Below, piece after piece: positions 22,713 to 36,723 of a stretch of DNA of 64,000 nucleotides (positions are counted from its first letter, which is position 1; every line of letters begins with the position of its first letter). Position numbers and translations under genes: made by a program. The stretch is from Cycas panzhihuaensis. Taxonomy: Eukaryota > Plantae > Cycadophyta. The stretch is from positions 204,173,741 through 204,237,740 of the forward strand of contig CM041465.1 of NCBI GenBank assembly GCA_023213395.1, written 5' to 3'. The notes beneath the pieces were generated by a model, which worked only from the letters and a program-made list of their open reading frames with translations, was not told the DNA's origin and made no database searches.

Positions 22713-25700
22713 ATGGAAAGCACTACAAAGATGGAGATTGAAAAGTTCAATGGCTAAAACTTTGAGTTATGGAAGTTAAATATGGAAGATATCCTCATCG
22801 AGAAGGATCAATGGATCATTGTAGCAGGAACAAAGCCTATAACTATGGGTGATGAAGACTAGAAGAAACTTGATTGAAAAGTAAACAGTTTGATAAGGTT
22901 ATTCCTTTCAAATATAATATTGTTGAATGTTGTCAAAGAGTCTATAGCTAAAGATCTGTGGAAAAAATTAGAGACTTTGTATTAGATTAAGTCCCTGGTT
23001 AATAAGTTATTTATTTAAAAAAAGATGTATTCACTTAAGATGAGTGATGGAGATGTAGTTGAAAATCATCTCACTATATTTAACACCATGGTAAGCCAAC
23101 TTGTTTTAGTTGGGATAACAATGTCTGAAGAGGACATGTGTATTACCCTATTATGTTCACTTCCTGATTATTAGGATAATCTTATGATGATGATTAGTAA
23201 CATGACTTCTCTTACCTTAAAATTTGATGATGTTGTTACCATTCTGCTATGAAGAGAGACAAGGTAAAAATCTTCTAAAGATTATTTAAAAGAAACATTA
23301 GAGGTGAGAGGTCAAACATTGGATCACAACCAACAAAGGCCTAGGGACAAATAGCCAAAATCTAGAGCAAAATCTAAATCTCCAAGCAAAGGCCCCTTGG
23401 TATTCTAGATATGTAGAAAGGTGGGCTATATGAAGAGCCAATGTCAAGTCAAGGTTGATAAGGGAAAGTCACTTGAAGCTATTTCTTCCATGGTAGCAAA
23501 AGACTTTAATGAAACTAATGGCAATGTTTATTTGGCAACCTCAGGTAAATTGTTAAATGTTGAGTCTTGGTTAATTGACTATAATGATTCACTTCATATT
23601 ACTCCCCATATGGAGTGGTTTTGTAAATACACAAGTATTGATGGAGGTAAAGTATTTCTTAGGGATCATTACCCATATAAAATTATAGGTTATGGAAGGG
23701 TGAAGGTCCGGTTTGGGGATGGAAGGGTTAAAATTATCCCTAATATGAGTCATATTCCTGGTTTGGCTATCAGTATGTTGTCTATCGGTCAATTGAGTGA
23801 TGCAGGAATAGAAGTGATTTTCAATAAAAATAGTTGTAGAATAGTTTGAGAAGCATTGGGTTTTAGTAAGAGGGGTCCGATTTGGAATACTATTTAAGCT
23901 TGATGCAAGTATGATGTGTGCTAGAAATTGCAGTCCAACTATTATAGAAAATAGCAATAATGCAGGAGGGACTTAAATATGACTTACTAGTAAAACTATG
24001 TTGTAGCATCAGAGATTGGCCCATATTAGAGAGAAAGGCCTACATGATTTATTCTCGAAAGGTATGATAGAAGACATCTCTAGAATTAATGGCTCCTTTG
24101 ATTTTGATTTTTGTGAGCATTGTGTGCATAGAAAACAAAATCAGTCAATTTTCCTTCAAGCTTGAAAAGAGCAAAGGGTATTATATAATTAGTACACAGT
24201 GATGTTTTTAGACCTATTGATGTGCCCTCATTAGGTGGGTACAAATACTTTGTCTTATTCATAGATAATTTCTCAAGAAAGATATGGTTATACTTTCTTA
24301 GATAAAAATCTGAAGTCTTAAGTAAATTTAAAGAATTTAAGGCATTGGTCAAGAATTAGAGTGATAGGCAGATCAAGGTATTGAGGACTGATAATAGAGG
24401 TGATTTTTTCTCAAAAGAGTTTGATCAATTCTATAAGCAGTGTGGGATAGCAATGCAAAAGATAATTTCGTATACACCACAACAGAACAGATTTGTTGAA
24501 ATAATGAATAGGAGCTTACTGGAGAGATCAGGGAGTATGCTCAGTGCTACTAGATTATAGAAGAAATTCCAGGCTAAGGCTATGATAACTACAAGCTACC
24601 TAATAAATAGATCACCAACAACTACCTTAGTATATAAAACACTTGAAAAAGTGTGGTATGGTAAGAAACCATCTATTGGTTATCTTAGAGTTTTTAGTTA
24701 TAAAGCTTATATGCATGTTCCTAAACAGTAGAGGACTAAGCTTGATTTCAAAGCACAAAAGACTATTTTCATTGGCTATGGTGATGGTGTTAAAGGGTAT
24801 AAGCTTTATAACCTTAAAATAAAAAAGGTTATGTATACCTATGATGTTGTCTTTAGAGAGGATCTCAAGTCTCTAAACCAGGATAAAGAACTAAAGGAGA
24901 AAGACTCTAAGAAGGTATAATTTGAGTTAAGGGATGAAGATCCTACATCAAAATATGAGTCAGTTGAAGAGGAAGGACCAACTATAGAGGTAACTCAACC
25001 TTAAAAACCCTACATCTTGAGGAGATCAACTCATGAAAGAAGACATCATGATAAGTATATTCCTAAAGACTTTCGTTGCACCTCTTTTATTTTATCTACT
25101 ATAGATGATAATCTAGGTACTATTCGAGAGGCTTTCGAGTCAAAAGAGAGCCAACTCTGGATGAAGGCCACGCAAGAAGAAATAATTGGCTTGGATAAAA
25201 ATAACACATGGGATTTAGTGGATTTACCCGATGGTAGGAAACCTGTTGATAACAAATGGATCTTTAAGAAGAAGTTTTAGGCAGATAGTATTATGGAAAA
25301 GTATAAGGCTCACTTGGTAGCAAAGGGCTATTCCCAGGTCAAGGGAATAGATTTTAGTGAGGTATTTTCTCATGTTATAAAAGTTGCTTCAATTAGATTT
25401 TTATTGGTTGTAATAACTTCCTATGACCTTGAGGTGGATTAAATGGATGTGAAGACTACATTTCTTCATAATGACCTCAAGGAAGAAATTTATATGTTAT
25501 AGCTTGAGGGGTTTAAAGTTGCATAGAAGGAGAATATGGTGTGCAGGTTAAAGAAGTCATTATATATTTTGAAACAATCACCAAGGATGTGGTATCAGAA
25601 GTTCAATTTACATATGTTGGTAGATGGCTTTGTGCATAGCAAAGTAGATCATTGTATTTATTATAAGCAGTTTGGTGATCATTTTGTTATTCTAACTTTA

Positions 25701-26690
25701 TATGTTATTGACATCCTTTTAGTTGGTAACAACAAATAAATGATCCAACTTGTGAGAGGCTAACTTGCATCTTATTTTGAGATGAAAGACCTTGGTTCTG
25801 TACATTTTATTTTGGGTATTAAGATTAAAAGAAATAGGAGAAACATAAAGATTTGGCTTAGCTAAAGATGACACATTGAGATAATATTACAACAGTTCAG
25901 GTTGAAGGATAGTAAACTAATTAATGTTCCTTTTCCTATTAGTTTAAAATTATTAGATGAATAATGCTCGAAGACTCACCAAGAAGTTGAAGGCATTCCA
26001 TTTGTCCCTTATTCTAGTGTTATTGGTAGCTTGATGTATGTGATGATTTGCATTTGACCAAACATTTCCCATGCAGTGGAAGTAGTTAGTAGGTATATGT
26101 CAAACCTAGGCAGGGAACATTGGGTGGCTATGAAAAGGATTTTCAAGCATCTACGAGGTACATCATACTATGGAATTTGCTATCAAGGAGATCCCATGAA
26201 GAGTGGAATAATAAAATTGAGAGGTTTTATTGATGTTGATTGGGTTGGAGATCTTGACAGTAGAAGATCTACAAGTAGGTATGTTTTTACCCTTTGTGAT
26301 GGCGCAATTAGTTGGATGAGCAAAAGAAAGTAAGTTGTGGTCCTTTGTAGCACAAAAGTAGAGTATATAGCAACTACTCATGTGTGCAAGGAAGCAATTT
26401 GGTTATAGAGATTATGCACAAATATTATCTTCAACCAAGATGCTATGAGGATAGATTGTGATAGTCAAAGTGTAATCTACTTAGCAAAGAATCCCATTTT
26501 TCATGCTTGGTTGAAGCATACTGATGTGTAGTTCTATTTTATGAGAGAAATGGTTCAATATCATAAGGTGGATTTGTAGAAGATTACTATATAAGAGAAT
26601 ATTGTAGACTTATTGACCAAGATTATTAGATTAGAAAATTTTAGATGGTGTAGAAATATAATGGGTATTTGTGATCTTGGTATTAAGTAG
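22713..26690 (+). pseudogene. Copia-3 gag-pol remnant
   Basis: ORFs 23421-23849 (PR), 25017-25280, 25536-25739 (RLKKSLY.LKQSPRMWY), 26076-26333 (DVDWVGDLDSRRSTS). Confidence 0.93.
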
Positions 26691-26734
26691 TTGTGTATGC
26701 ATGTTTCCTATAAAGTGTTTAACAAGTAGGAGAT

Positions 26735-27158
26735 TGTTAGATATGTTTAACACTTTGCAAGTGTTACATGGGTAACAGCCCCCCAGGTAGGGGTTTGGGG
26801 GCAAGAGCCGCTAAGAAAAAATTTTGGGTGTCTTATGGAGGTCTTTGTCGACCCATAGTTTATGTCCATTGTATTGTAAAACCATAAGGCGATATCTTAT
26901 AATGTTGTGTCTATATATTGTTATGTAACGATACATGTAAAAACAAGTTGGATGAGTCTTTGATGAGTTGATGAGAAGAGTTGGGGTTTATTTATCTCTG
27001 TAATTCTTTAGTTATTACTCAAATTAATAAAAGGTGTATGCTTAGACCTGAATCTCTTGGTGTTCTTTATGGAGTGCTTGGCTTGTTTATGCTATTTTAT
27101 TCTTTGTATGGTTTATAGTTTTGTTAGCATTGCTTCTAGGGTTATATTTTTCTCTTCA
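26735..27158 (+). repeat. Copia-3 3' LTR (424 bp)
   Basis: TG...CA termini, followed by TSD. Confidence 0.93.
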
Positions 27159-28222
27159 ATAACTAGTTAAATATGTACTTCTTGTTACATGACCTGCATA
27201 TCTAAGCCTTTTGGTTATTTTATAACCATTCATATTTTATAAACTATAACTTTTGAGTAATAAAGATTTGTACTACCCTTTCAGATAGTAGCTAATATAT
27301 CTTCTCCTATAATTGCTCATTCTTAACATTTAAAAGATTACTCTATTTCATCTATTAGTCTAGTATATCATATTTCCTAACATCTAGTAAGCAATAATGA
27401 TATGAAAGAGAGCTCATAACTTCATCCTTGAAATGCATAATAAGGTGAGGACTTCAGACCCAATTCCCCTATTTTTATTTGTAATATTAAGTAACTTAGT
27501 TATGCATCATTAAAATTTTAGTTTCATATCTTATTTAAGTACTTTGCTAGCTATCTATATGTGCTTAGGCAAGGGATAAGGACACTTTAGAAAAATTTGG
27601 ATTAAAAAGATTAAGATTTAAAAATACTACGAAGGATTTTTAGGCTGTTATTTTTAAATCCTCAAAGGCCTCTAACTAAAGGCTTAAAAGAGGACTTTTA
27701 CTTATAAGAGAAACCTTATTATCTTTCATAGATGGTCTTTAGGATGTTGCAATGTGTTCATTTCCTATCTTTGGTAATTTATTTGTAATTGGTCATTTGT
27801 GAATTTTGTTTTACAAAGCATAAGTTAGGTAATTTATGTTAAGTAAGGGTTATGCAAACAATTTGTAAATATCTTTTATATAACAGGGATGACATGATAA
27901 AATTCCCTTTATTTATGTAATTTATTTTGAAGAAGTTAGTTGTGCCCCTTTTTATATTATTATTCATGGACATTGAAGGGATCAACTCTAGATTTGCAAG
28001 CTTCTAGGCCTAATCTTAGGCTTGCTTATTTCAAAGGGTATCCTTGTGTGAGATGCTCTAGCAAACATGGATAAATGTCTATGTCTTTTGGGGGGTGGTT
28101 TATGGTTTAAAATCAACAAATTTTAAGTCTCCTTATGGCTTGAGATAAGCTTTACTAAGGATGTTATAAGGAGGCTTTATGTGAGTTATCAAAGATAGTA
28201 GGTTGAGATTCTAACTTATTTT

Positions 28223-31200
28223 TGTTGGTTCTTGAGTAGCCCAATGTTCAAATGCTAAGAAGACAATGGAGAAAGTAATACTCAAATAATAATAAATTTG
28301 ATGGAAGTATAATGCTTTTGAATACCAGGGTCAACAACCCTATATAACAATTAAGTAAGATTATGAGGGTGCTAGCACACACTTCAAAATCAATTATCAA
28401 CAAAGTTATATACAATAAAAGGTAAGATTGGCTATAGGCCTAAGATGGGCATTATCTCAATATTTCTCCACCATAATGCCTATTCAAGGAGACTCCAAGT
28501 TTATTTTTGAATTTACTAAAATTTACCTTACTCAATACCTGAGTAAATATGTTTCCTACCTGTTCATCTGTTTTATAGTAGATCAACTTAATTTCACCTT
28601 ACTACACTAGTTCTCTAATGAAGTGATATCATGTTTCAATATACTTTATTCTACCATGAAATATTAAATTCTTAGTTATTTGAATTATATTATGATTATC
28701 ACATAATAACTATATAAGTCTAATGTGTTCTTCTTATAAATCTTATAGGACCCTTCTAAGCCAAGCTATCTCATAAGCACCTACAATAGCTACCTTATAT
28801 TTTGCTTCTATAATGGAGAGTAGTATTGTAGACTATTTTTTCAAACACTGAGTGACTATTGATAAACTAAAATTGAAATCATAACTTGATATAGACTTCT
28901 AATTATCTATGTAACCTCCCTAATCTTGGTCTATATAGTCAATCAACCTATAAGAATCTAGTGACCTATAATGAATCTAATATCTAATTATGTTGTTGAG
29001 ATACTTAAGAATTCTTTTTGTTAGTTGCTAATGTATCATATTAGACTTATGTGTAAACCTAGAAATTAAACAAACAACATATATTATATATGGTTGAGTC
29101 AAAGTTAAGTATATAAGCCTTCCAATCAACTACCTCTATAAAGTAAGATCAACTAATTCCAAGTCCACATGCTTAGACAACTTTAACTTGACTTCTACAA
29201 GTGTTATAAGTAGTTTAAAACTATCCATATTGAATTTGTACAATATGTCTAAGGTGAATTTCTTTTTTAATAAGAAAAATATAATTGATCAACCTTCATT
29301 GTGTTGAGGTCCTCAAATACTTCTATACTAGTAGTTACTATCCTAAATTTCCTAAGTTCTCTTATACTTCTTAATATACTTTCTATAAGTCTTTGCTTAA
29401 CAATATCTTTTCCTAAAGCCCCTATTTGATTAACTGGCCCTTGGATTTTGGTGATGTAGTTGTTAACTCCTTCATTTATTTAAAAATTCTTAAAGTTCAT
29501 CCATAATATTTGTAACTTCATCATCATAGCTCCTTTATATGCTATCTTTAATGCATCCTAAGCTTTTATAGAAGTCATCACTTTACTAACTCATTTAAGG
29601 ATGTGGTCCTCTAAAGTATACATGATGAAGGTAAGTTCTTTATTATCATTCTTTTCATTCTCCTTGAAGAGTTTAATTTCTCCTATAGAAGCATTGTGGG
29701 TTGTTGGACTATAGCCATTACAAATTATATCCTAAATATCCTTAGAGACGACTATAAGTTTTATTTACCTACTCTAATTCATATGGTTTGAACCATCAAT
29801 TTTTGGCACCATAACATTATTTATGATTGAGGACATGATAAGAATTACCTTGAAAATTAAGAAAAGCCATGAAAAAAGAGGAGAAATATGAGTGAATACA
29901 CCAAAAAAGACACTAGAAAAATACTTAAACACACCACAAATTATCCCACTTCAACTCCAAGACATGTATACATGTCCAAACTAAGACTCTACCACCTCCA
30001 TATAGTAAAATTTCTATTATTTTCCAATTTTTAATGAGAAAATTTTTGTAATACTTTGTGTTTAGCTTATCTCATAAAAAACTTGTAAAATATGCATCAA
30101 ATTTAGTGGGATATGACTATCCTATTTTTCTTATACACATAATAGTTAATGAAGAAATAAGAAAATGAAACACTTATATTATCAAATAAAAACTAAACAC
30201 AAAGTTAAAGATCACTAAGAGCATAAATGGAGATCAAATAATATAGAAGTATTAATCTCTTAAGAGAAAATAATTACACAGCAACCTTCCTTTATAATTT
30301 CAGGTCTTTAAGTAGACAAAAGAGGGCATTTTCCTTATAATCCTATTGGCATGCCAAACAACCTTATATTTCATTGGTTGCCTTAATGGCCCACACAAAA
30401 ATGGTAATGAATAGCACTTAGTCTCCTAGTGCCTTAACCATGAGTGTTAATATCTAAGTTTTATTAGCTATATGTGGTCATGTAACAAGTCCTCTCCCCT
30501 GAGATGTTGAGCACCCAAAGTAAAAGAGATGTGGATGTTGCTTGACTAAGTTTGCTAATTCCCAAGTCACCTCTTCTTGTTTGCAATCAGCTAACTATAC
30601 TAAATATCTAGTAATTATCCTATTTTGGAGACGGCATTGTCTACTACTAATATGTGGTCAAGGGAGACAGTGAGGATTTTCTCTTCATCTAGGATAGGTA
30701 AGATGGTTTGTGAGGTCATACCCTTGCTAAGATATTTTTTGAGGTAGGAAACACAGAAGACATTATAAATCTTAGTATTAGGTGGGAATTCTAAAGCATA
30801 ATATACTTCACTAACAAGCTAGACGACTCTATATAAGGGCCATAATAGCGAGGATTGAGCTTATGATTCCCATGATATTTAAGTGATTATTATTTGGATA
30901 GTTGAAGGTATAGGGACACAAGATCAGCAATGTCAAAGGAGCAATCCAAATAGTGGTAGTCTACTAATTGGTTCATGTGATTTTAAGCTATAGTTAGGTT
31001 TTACTTCAGGGTATTTAGAATCTAGTTTATATGTTATCGTTTTTGTTGTATTCCCATATAGTGTGAAGTTTGGTTATTAGTGTATGGTGGGATAATGGTG
31101 GGTACCCATAAAGGACCATGAATTGGGGTATCCTTATAGCTAAGTGGTTAGAGGAATTATACTAATATTCTGTCAAGACTAGCCATGATGACCATCTTGT

Positions 31201-34200
31201 ATAGTGTTTAAAATCATAACAATATAGATAAGTTTCAAGTGTTTTGTTAAGAACTTCAAATTGGTTGTTTATTTGGGGGTGGTGGGTAGAACTCATGTTG
31301 AATGATGTACCTGAGGATTGAAATAGCTCTTGCTAAAAGGATTCAGGGAATTTTAGATCTTGATCACATACTATTATTGATGGAAATCCATATAAATAGA
31401 ATATTATTTGAATATGGAGATTTATAATGCAATACGCTTTATGCGAAGTGTAGATTGGCAAAAAGTGTGTATATTTTTTCAATCAATTAATGACCACTAA
31501 TATGGAGTCATACCGAATAGATAAAAGGAGAACCATAATAAAGTCCATGGAAATATCTTACTATTTCCCTTACAGAATGTGTAGTGGGTGTAACAGCGTG
31601 AGTTGGGCTTTGGTGTCGACTTTACTATGTTGATATGTATCACATTCTAAAATAAATATTAAATATATATTTTTATGTATAGCTAGAATAAATTAGAACA
31701 AATTCATTGGTAGTTTTTGTCAAACTTGGAATAGCCTCCTAATGGAGTAGAGTAGTATTTTACTAATATTTGAGGAATAAATTTAGAAGTTGGATGGACG
31801 AATATATGATTTCTATATAGAAAGAGATAGTTTTAAATGGATTATTTTTTCTTAGTGAGAACTTTGTTGGCCCATTTATCATAACATAGTTGGCACTCAT
31901 TCACTTGAGCTAGGTCTTGTGCCCATATAAGATGTGGAGTGGACATGACATGAATGGAGGATTCATGTGAGGGAATAAGAGATAAGTTAATAGGAAGGTA
32001 GGAAAGAGCATCTACCACTATATTATCTTCACCTTTGTTATAAGTTATTATAAAATCAAAAACTTGGAGGTGCTCCACCCATTTGGATTATTCTTCAAAT
32101 AGATTTGGTTGGTCTAATAGGTGATGAAGGTTATTATGATTAATTAGGATGGTGAGCTTAGATCTAATGAGATATTATCATCATTTCTCGATGGCATATA
32201 GAATGACCTTCATTTCTTTTTAGTATGTGGACAACTTATACTTATGGTCTTTAAATTTTTGTCTTTTTAAAAGCAATGGGGTGTAGGTTTTACATAAGGA
32301 CCACACCCAAGCTAAAGCCTAATGCATTATATTCTAGTTAGAATGGTTATAATAAGTTTGGAGTGGCCAAGACCAAAGAAGAGGATATGACTTCTTTGAG
32401 ATGGATAAAGGCATCATTAGTGATGGGTGATTACTAGAAAGAATCTTTCTAGAGTAAATTGCTTAATGGTGCCATTAAGGTTGTATAATTTTAGATGAAT
32501 CACTTATAAAATGCTATGAGTCCTAAGAAGATGCACAACTAGGTAAGGTCTTTTGGGATTGGCTAGTTTGTAACAACTACTATCATATCTAGATCAACTC
32601 GAACACCTTCTATAGAGATAATGTAGCCAAGGTATTGAAGTTCAGACTTACCAAACTCACATTTGGAGAGCTTAGTATATAATTAGTATTTAGCTAAAGT
32701 TTTTAGGATGGCCTCTAAATGGTGACTGTGAATGGCTATGCCTATGTTATAGATGAGAATATTATCAAAGAAAATAATAATAAATTTCCTAAGGTAAGGA
32801 GCAAATATCTTGTTCATGAGGAATTAAAATGTGGCTAGGGCATTGTATAAGTTGAAAAGCATAACATGGAATTCAAAATGGCTATGGTATATATCAAAGC
32901 TAATTTTGTACCAATCCTTTAGTATGATTGGGATTTGATAGTATCTAGATTAAAGATCCAACTTAGTAAAGACTGTGGCACTATGGATCTCATCTAATAT
33001 TTCATTGATTCTAAGGTAGGGAACTTATTTTTTATGGTTATTTTATTAAGTTTTTGATAATTGATATATAGCCTAAATAAGTCATCTTTTTTTTGAACTA
33101 ATACAATATTAGAAATATATGGGCTCTTACTATGTTGCATTATCTCCATATCCATTAGCTCATTGGTAATCTTTTTAATCTCATTCTTTTTAAAGTAGTA
33201 ATTTCTATAAGGTCAAAGACTAATAAGGTCATGGGGAGTTTTTTAATTCAATGGTGTAGTAACACCTATGATCTAATAGGGGGAAACTAACAGATGGGGA
33301 ATAACTTAATATTTATTAAGGATATGTTAAATATTGGGGTAGATATCTATTGGGGATTGGATGTTGTTGATGCATACAATGTAACCTACTTAGTTACTTA
33401 ATTATATCCTCATTTAATTTTGGAAAATTGGTTTATTAGGGGAGGTTGTATTCCATGGAGCTTGTGGGTTTGTCCCATCTAGTCCTTAAATGAAATGAAT
33501 AGGTTGGTGGAGGGGTTATTTCTATTATATGTACCTCATGTTTAGAGCTAATGGACTCTAAAAATAATGTCTAATTTGCTAATAGATAGGGCATAAAAAT
33601 CAAAGGTTAACCTGTAATTACCAATTTAGACCATGAGGTTCTTGATTATTCTAGCATAATGAAGTTTATAATGGCTAGGTAGGAAACATAAGAATTTAGT
33701 TTTTGGGATAATAAAAAGATTTAATTGTCTATCCAAAGAAATATTTATGAAGTTTAGTGACATACCACCATCAACTAGAATAATAATTGATGTTTTCTTA
33801 AATATTCTTTTTATGCGTAGTGATTCGGGGCATGAATATGATGCTACTATAGATAAAGAGGCTTTGAGTTTTGACATTGAGAAGAGGTGTGTAATACTTT
33901 ATTTTGATCAGCATTAAGATGATAGATATTTCAATAATATCAGAAGCACTTCAATATAAATAACATAATCCTATACCAAGACCTAGATAAATATGCACAT
34001 ATGTAATTATAGATACTCCTCCTTTGCAATTGAATAATATGACTTATGTCTACAAAAATAATATCACATATGTATATAGATCACATATATGATCTAGAAA
34101 ATAAATATTCACTTTGGAAAAAAATATGTGATTAATAAACACAAATACATGAACCTCTAAGAGAGATGTTAGTTTTATTTGAACACAAATGCAAGATAGG

Positions 34201-34681
34201 AATTTATATTGTTTAAGACTCAGGAACAATGAGATTTAAATGCTAGTCTAAAATATAAATACCATTAGAAAGATCATAAATGCAAAGACTCAAAGATCAA
34301 GGACACAAATTTATAATATAATGATGAAATATAAGTAAGATCAAAGAGGTAGTTCCAAAGTGAGTAGAATCATCCATATAATAAACCCCCTCTAACCATA
34401 AGCTTCCTATATAATAAAATGTGGCTCTAATATCAATTGTTGGTGCCTAAGGATCACCATGTTTAAATACTAAGAAGACAAAAAAGAAAGGAAGACTTAA
34501 ATAGTAACATATTTGATAAAGGTATGGTGTTTATGAACAATAGGATCAACAACCTTATAGAATAGAGAGGTGAGACAATGAGAATCTTACCACACACCTC
34601 AAAGTCAACTTTTAATAGAGTTGCATATATAAAAAAAAAAGTGAGATTGGGTATAAGATTAATATGGATATTATCCCAATA
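28223..34681 (-). mobile_element. Copia-4: older, internally deleted relative of Copia-1
   Basis: Diverged LTR pair 28223-28462 / 34438-34681; decayed PBS 34424-34435; TSD ATTTT/TTTTT (4 of 5); RT-RH 28470-29270 joined directly to gag 29300-29836 (MSSIINNVMVPKIDG). Confidence 0.85.
30107..33880 (-). mobile_element. Gypsy-1: 5'-truncated chromovirus (Reina-like), PR-RT-RH-INT-chromodomain plus 3' LTR 30107-30487
   Basis: Colinear with Gypsy-2; protease ILVDGG (33626-33877); FDFIITYNKGEDNIVVDALS (31842-32078); PPT 30488-30501; LTR TGGGAT...TGTAACA. Confidence 0.88.
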
Positions 34682-35094
34682 TTTTTTTAAAGGTTTAAAT
34701 GAAGAGTTTTGGATTATGGTAGTGGAAAGAGACTAAAGGAGTTGTGTTGGAATTTTTTATATGAATCCTTCATAATAACTAATTTATATTGATTAATCAT
34801 TTAAGCTTTAGTTGATATCTATAGGGTTTCTCCTATGAAACCTATTATCTATGACAAATTTTATGATCCTTTTAGACTAAGGGATATTGAACTTTGTTGG
34901 GTTCTGATCCATTTGACGATTCATTTTAAGTTTCCATGTGGAGTTATTGAACCTATTCTTTTGGAGGTTTTTTATAGTTTTCATTTCCCATAGGGATAGT
35001 ATTATGAATTGTAGGGGTCATTAACCCTTATATAATTAAATAACGATGTATGATGGTGAGGATTCAGGCATTTGGGAGCTTTCTAAGTCTAAAC

Positions 35095-36723
35095 TAGAGA
35101 ATAAAAATAAAACTAAAGGAGCATATTAATTTATTTACCCAAATTTAGGCCTCTTGTACTCAATCATATATGATTCTTCTCTCTTTTATTAGATATGCAT
35201 AAGATACTTGTCATTTGTCTTATGTTACATTTGATTTCTTACATTTTCTTATCAGCTCACTTTATTTTGTATCTTGACTAAGCATTTGCTTATTTTTTCC
35301 TTTACATATTATATTGTCTACCTTTTAATGATGGAAATAGGATTTGTTCTTCTATAACACCCATGTTATAAAGGCACAACTTTGGAGGTAGAGTCAACAC
35401 TATGACAGTCACTATAGTATATTTCTTCTATGGCAGTATCTTTTTACTTTATCTTGCACTCTCTTTTGGCTCCTTTAAATGACCATATTGAGTTGACATA
35501 AGCTTGCACTCCTTTGAGTTAACTTAGATTAGTTAAATATAGGTTAATTACTTGTTTGGGTTAGCTATTATATAAGTTAAATATGAGTTAACACCCCTTC
35601 GAGTAATTTGTTTGCATCAACATGAGTATTTGTTTTCTATTTTTTCCTACATTATACCTTTTTTTGCCTTTTTGACATGAGTTTAAATGCAATTAATTAT
35701 TCTACATAGTTTATATGTAGATCTCCTAAGCACATACAAAATAAGTAGTCATAGGCTAAAACAAATACTATATAAGGAAGCTATGCCCATATTAAGTTTT
35801 TATCCTCTCCTATTACCAATTTTGCAACTCTCAAGGCTAGCTTTTTTACTAGAAAAGGCCTTAAAAATACACAAATCTTACTCATTGGTCTCTAAAATCA
35901 ACTTTATGATGAATTTAGAGATTTGTTCTCCTTACACTCTCTTTATTCCACTATAAATATCTCTCATAAATTTTCATTTTAGCAATCTTCACAAGTTTCA
36001 CTCATTTTCCTATGCTTAAGCAATGCCCTTCATATATACCCTACTTGCTTATGCTAGAGTAAGGTGCTCTTTATATGAGATTTTGATAATCATTTATGGA
36101 TTCAACATTGTCTTTCAATTATAATTTGATCACTTCTCTCTCTTATAACTATTTCTTTAGTTTAATTACTTATCTCTTATATTATTTATTTTTTGTTCAT
36201 AGTTCCTTCTTGCTTGATTATTATATTGGAAGATATGTTAAGTGTTTGTCTACTTGCACTCACACATAGCCCTATTCTTGTTTTGAGACAATCTTCTTTC
36301 ATTCTCATATAAGTTCTCTTTTGAGATTTCTCATGTTAATAATTAATGTTTATTTAGTAGTTTTTTTCCTTATAATATTATTTAGTAGGAAGAAGATTAG
36401 TAAGGAGTCTCACATATATATACACATTAATAAGGACTTGTTATTAAGCAATAAGCTAGATAAGAGCTACTCATATGCTTTGTTTGATTTACTTTTGTGT
36501 AAAAGAAGAAACATGTCAATTTATTTTGGGGAAATATATAAAGTAAATTTATGTGATAAAAGAATCCTAGAAACTCATACTAAGAGACAATTTATTATAT
36601 ACATACAAGTAACTTTAATCATATATAGGGATAATGTTCCTTATAAGAGTGAATTTTATTCCTCACTTCTCGGATAAATCTCAACTTTAGATATTATACT
36701 AAATTCGATGAATAAAGCCCCTT
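35095..36723 (+). repeat. Unclassified ancient AT-rich repeat, copy X
   Basis: Homologous to 51000-51699 + 57183-57640 and to 47636-47751 + 50238-50413. Confidence 0.75.

Larger units (their letters stand above)
22128..27158 (+). mobile_element. Copia-3: full-length Tnt1/Tork-like Ty1/Copia element
   Basis: TSD ATAAC (22123-22127, 27159-27163); LTRs 22128-22628 and 26735-27158; PBS 22631-22642; PPT before 26735; gag MESTTKMEIEKFNG*NFELWK. Confidence 0.95.

Noticed and set aside
35687-36677. ORFs 35687-35956 and 36321-36677
   Set aside because: Low-complexity AT-rich frames not preserved in the paralogous repeat copy.
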